Shown: one piece after another, positions 63,802-64,000 of the stretch
Layout: every line of letters starts with the position of its first letter
Position numbering within the stretch: position 1 is the first letter of the stretch
Source of the DNA: Lingula anatina
Taxonomy: Eukaryota > Animalia > Brachiopoda
Direction: 5' to 3'
Assembly (NCBI GenBank): GCA_051362555.1
Contig: CM120647.1
Coordinates: 15,042,651-15,106,650 of the forward strand
Length of the DNA stretch: 64,000 nucleotides
The notes under the pieces: model-generated
Database searches by the model: none
What the model was told of the DNA's origin: nothing
Seen by the model: only the letters and a program-made list of their open reading frames with translations
Position numbers and translations under genes: made by a program

Positions 63802-63814
63802 ACCCCCCCCCCCC

Positions 63815-63858
<44 letters not shown>

Positions 63859-64000
63859 AGAGAGAGAGAGAGAGTGAGAGGGAGAGAGGGGGGTTACATT
63901 ACATCAAACACAACATTAAAATATGTATGCTACATTGAGATCATTGACGGAAGGCTGGTCCTGATATCCCTGCTCTCTCTCTCTCTCTCTCTCTCTCTCT
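63802..64000. repeat. Compound poly-C/(CA)n/(GA)n and terminal (CT)n microsatellites
   Basis: Seen directly. Confidence 0.9.

Overview
AT-rich, intron-containing animal genomic DNA; the gene set and repeat families suggest an invertebrate, probably a mollusc or other lophotrochozoan (inference). Genes reconstructed by splice-site and phase analysis, left to right: the 3' part of a ~20-finger C2H2/C2HC zinc-finger gene (+); a convergent SDR16C5/RDHE2-like retinol dehydrogenase (-); a complete exostosin-like 3 gene (+) lying head-to-head with it; a two-exon orphan ORF (-); three METTL24-like methyltransferase paralogues (one +, two -); and exon 1 of a frameshifted classical SDR (+). The strongest unexplained signal is that the SDR16C gene has three tandem, intact, homologous 94-nt alternative last exons encoding different C-termini, and two of them are absent from the ORF track. 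The METTL24 cluster shows exon-by-exon mosaic identity suggestive of gene conversion. A 33-bp minisatellite carries an inverted 43-bp copy of its own flank. Introns and intergenic DNA hold Helentron-like, Kolobok-like, EnSpm-like, Harbinger-like, Tc1, RTE-LINE and Sola3-like elements, several of them nested. All calls were made by eye with no database search.
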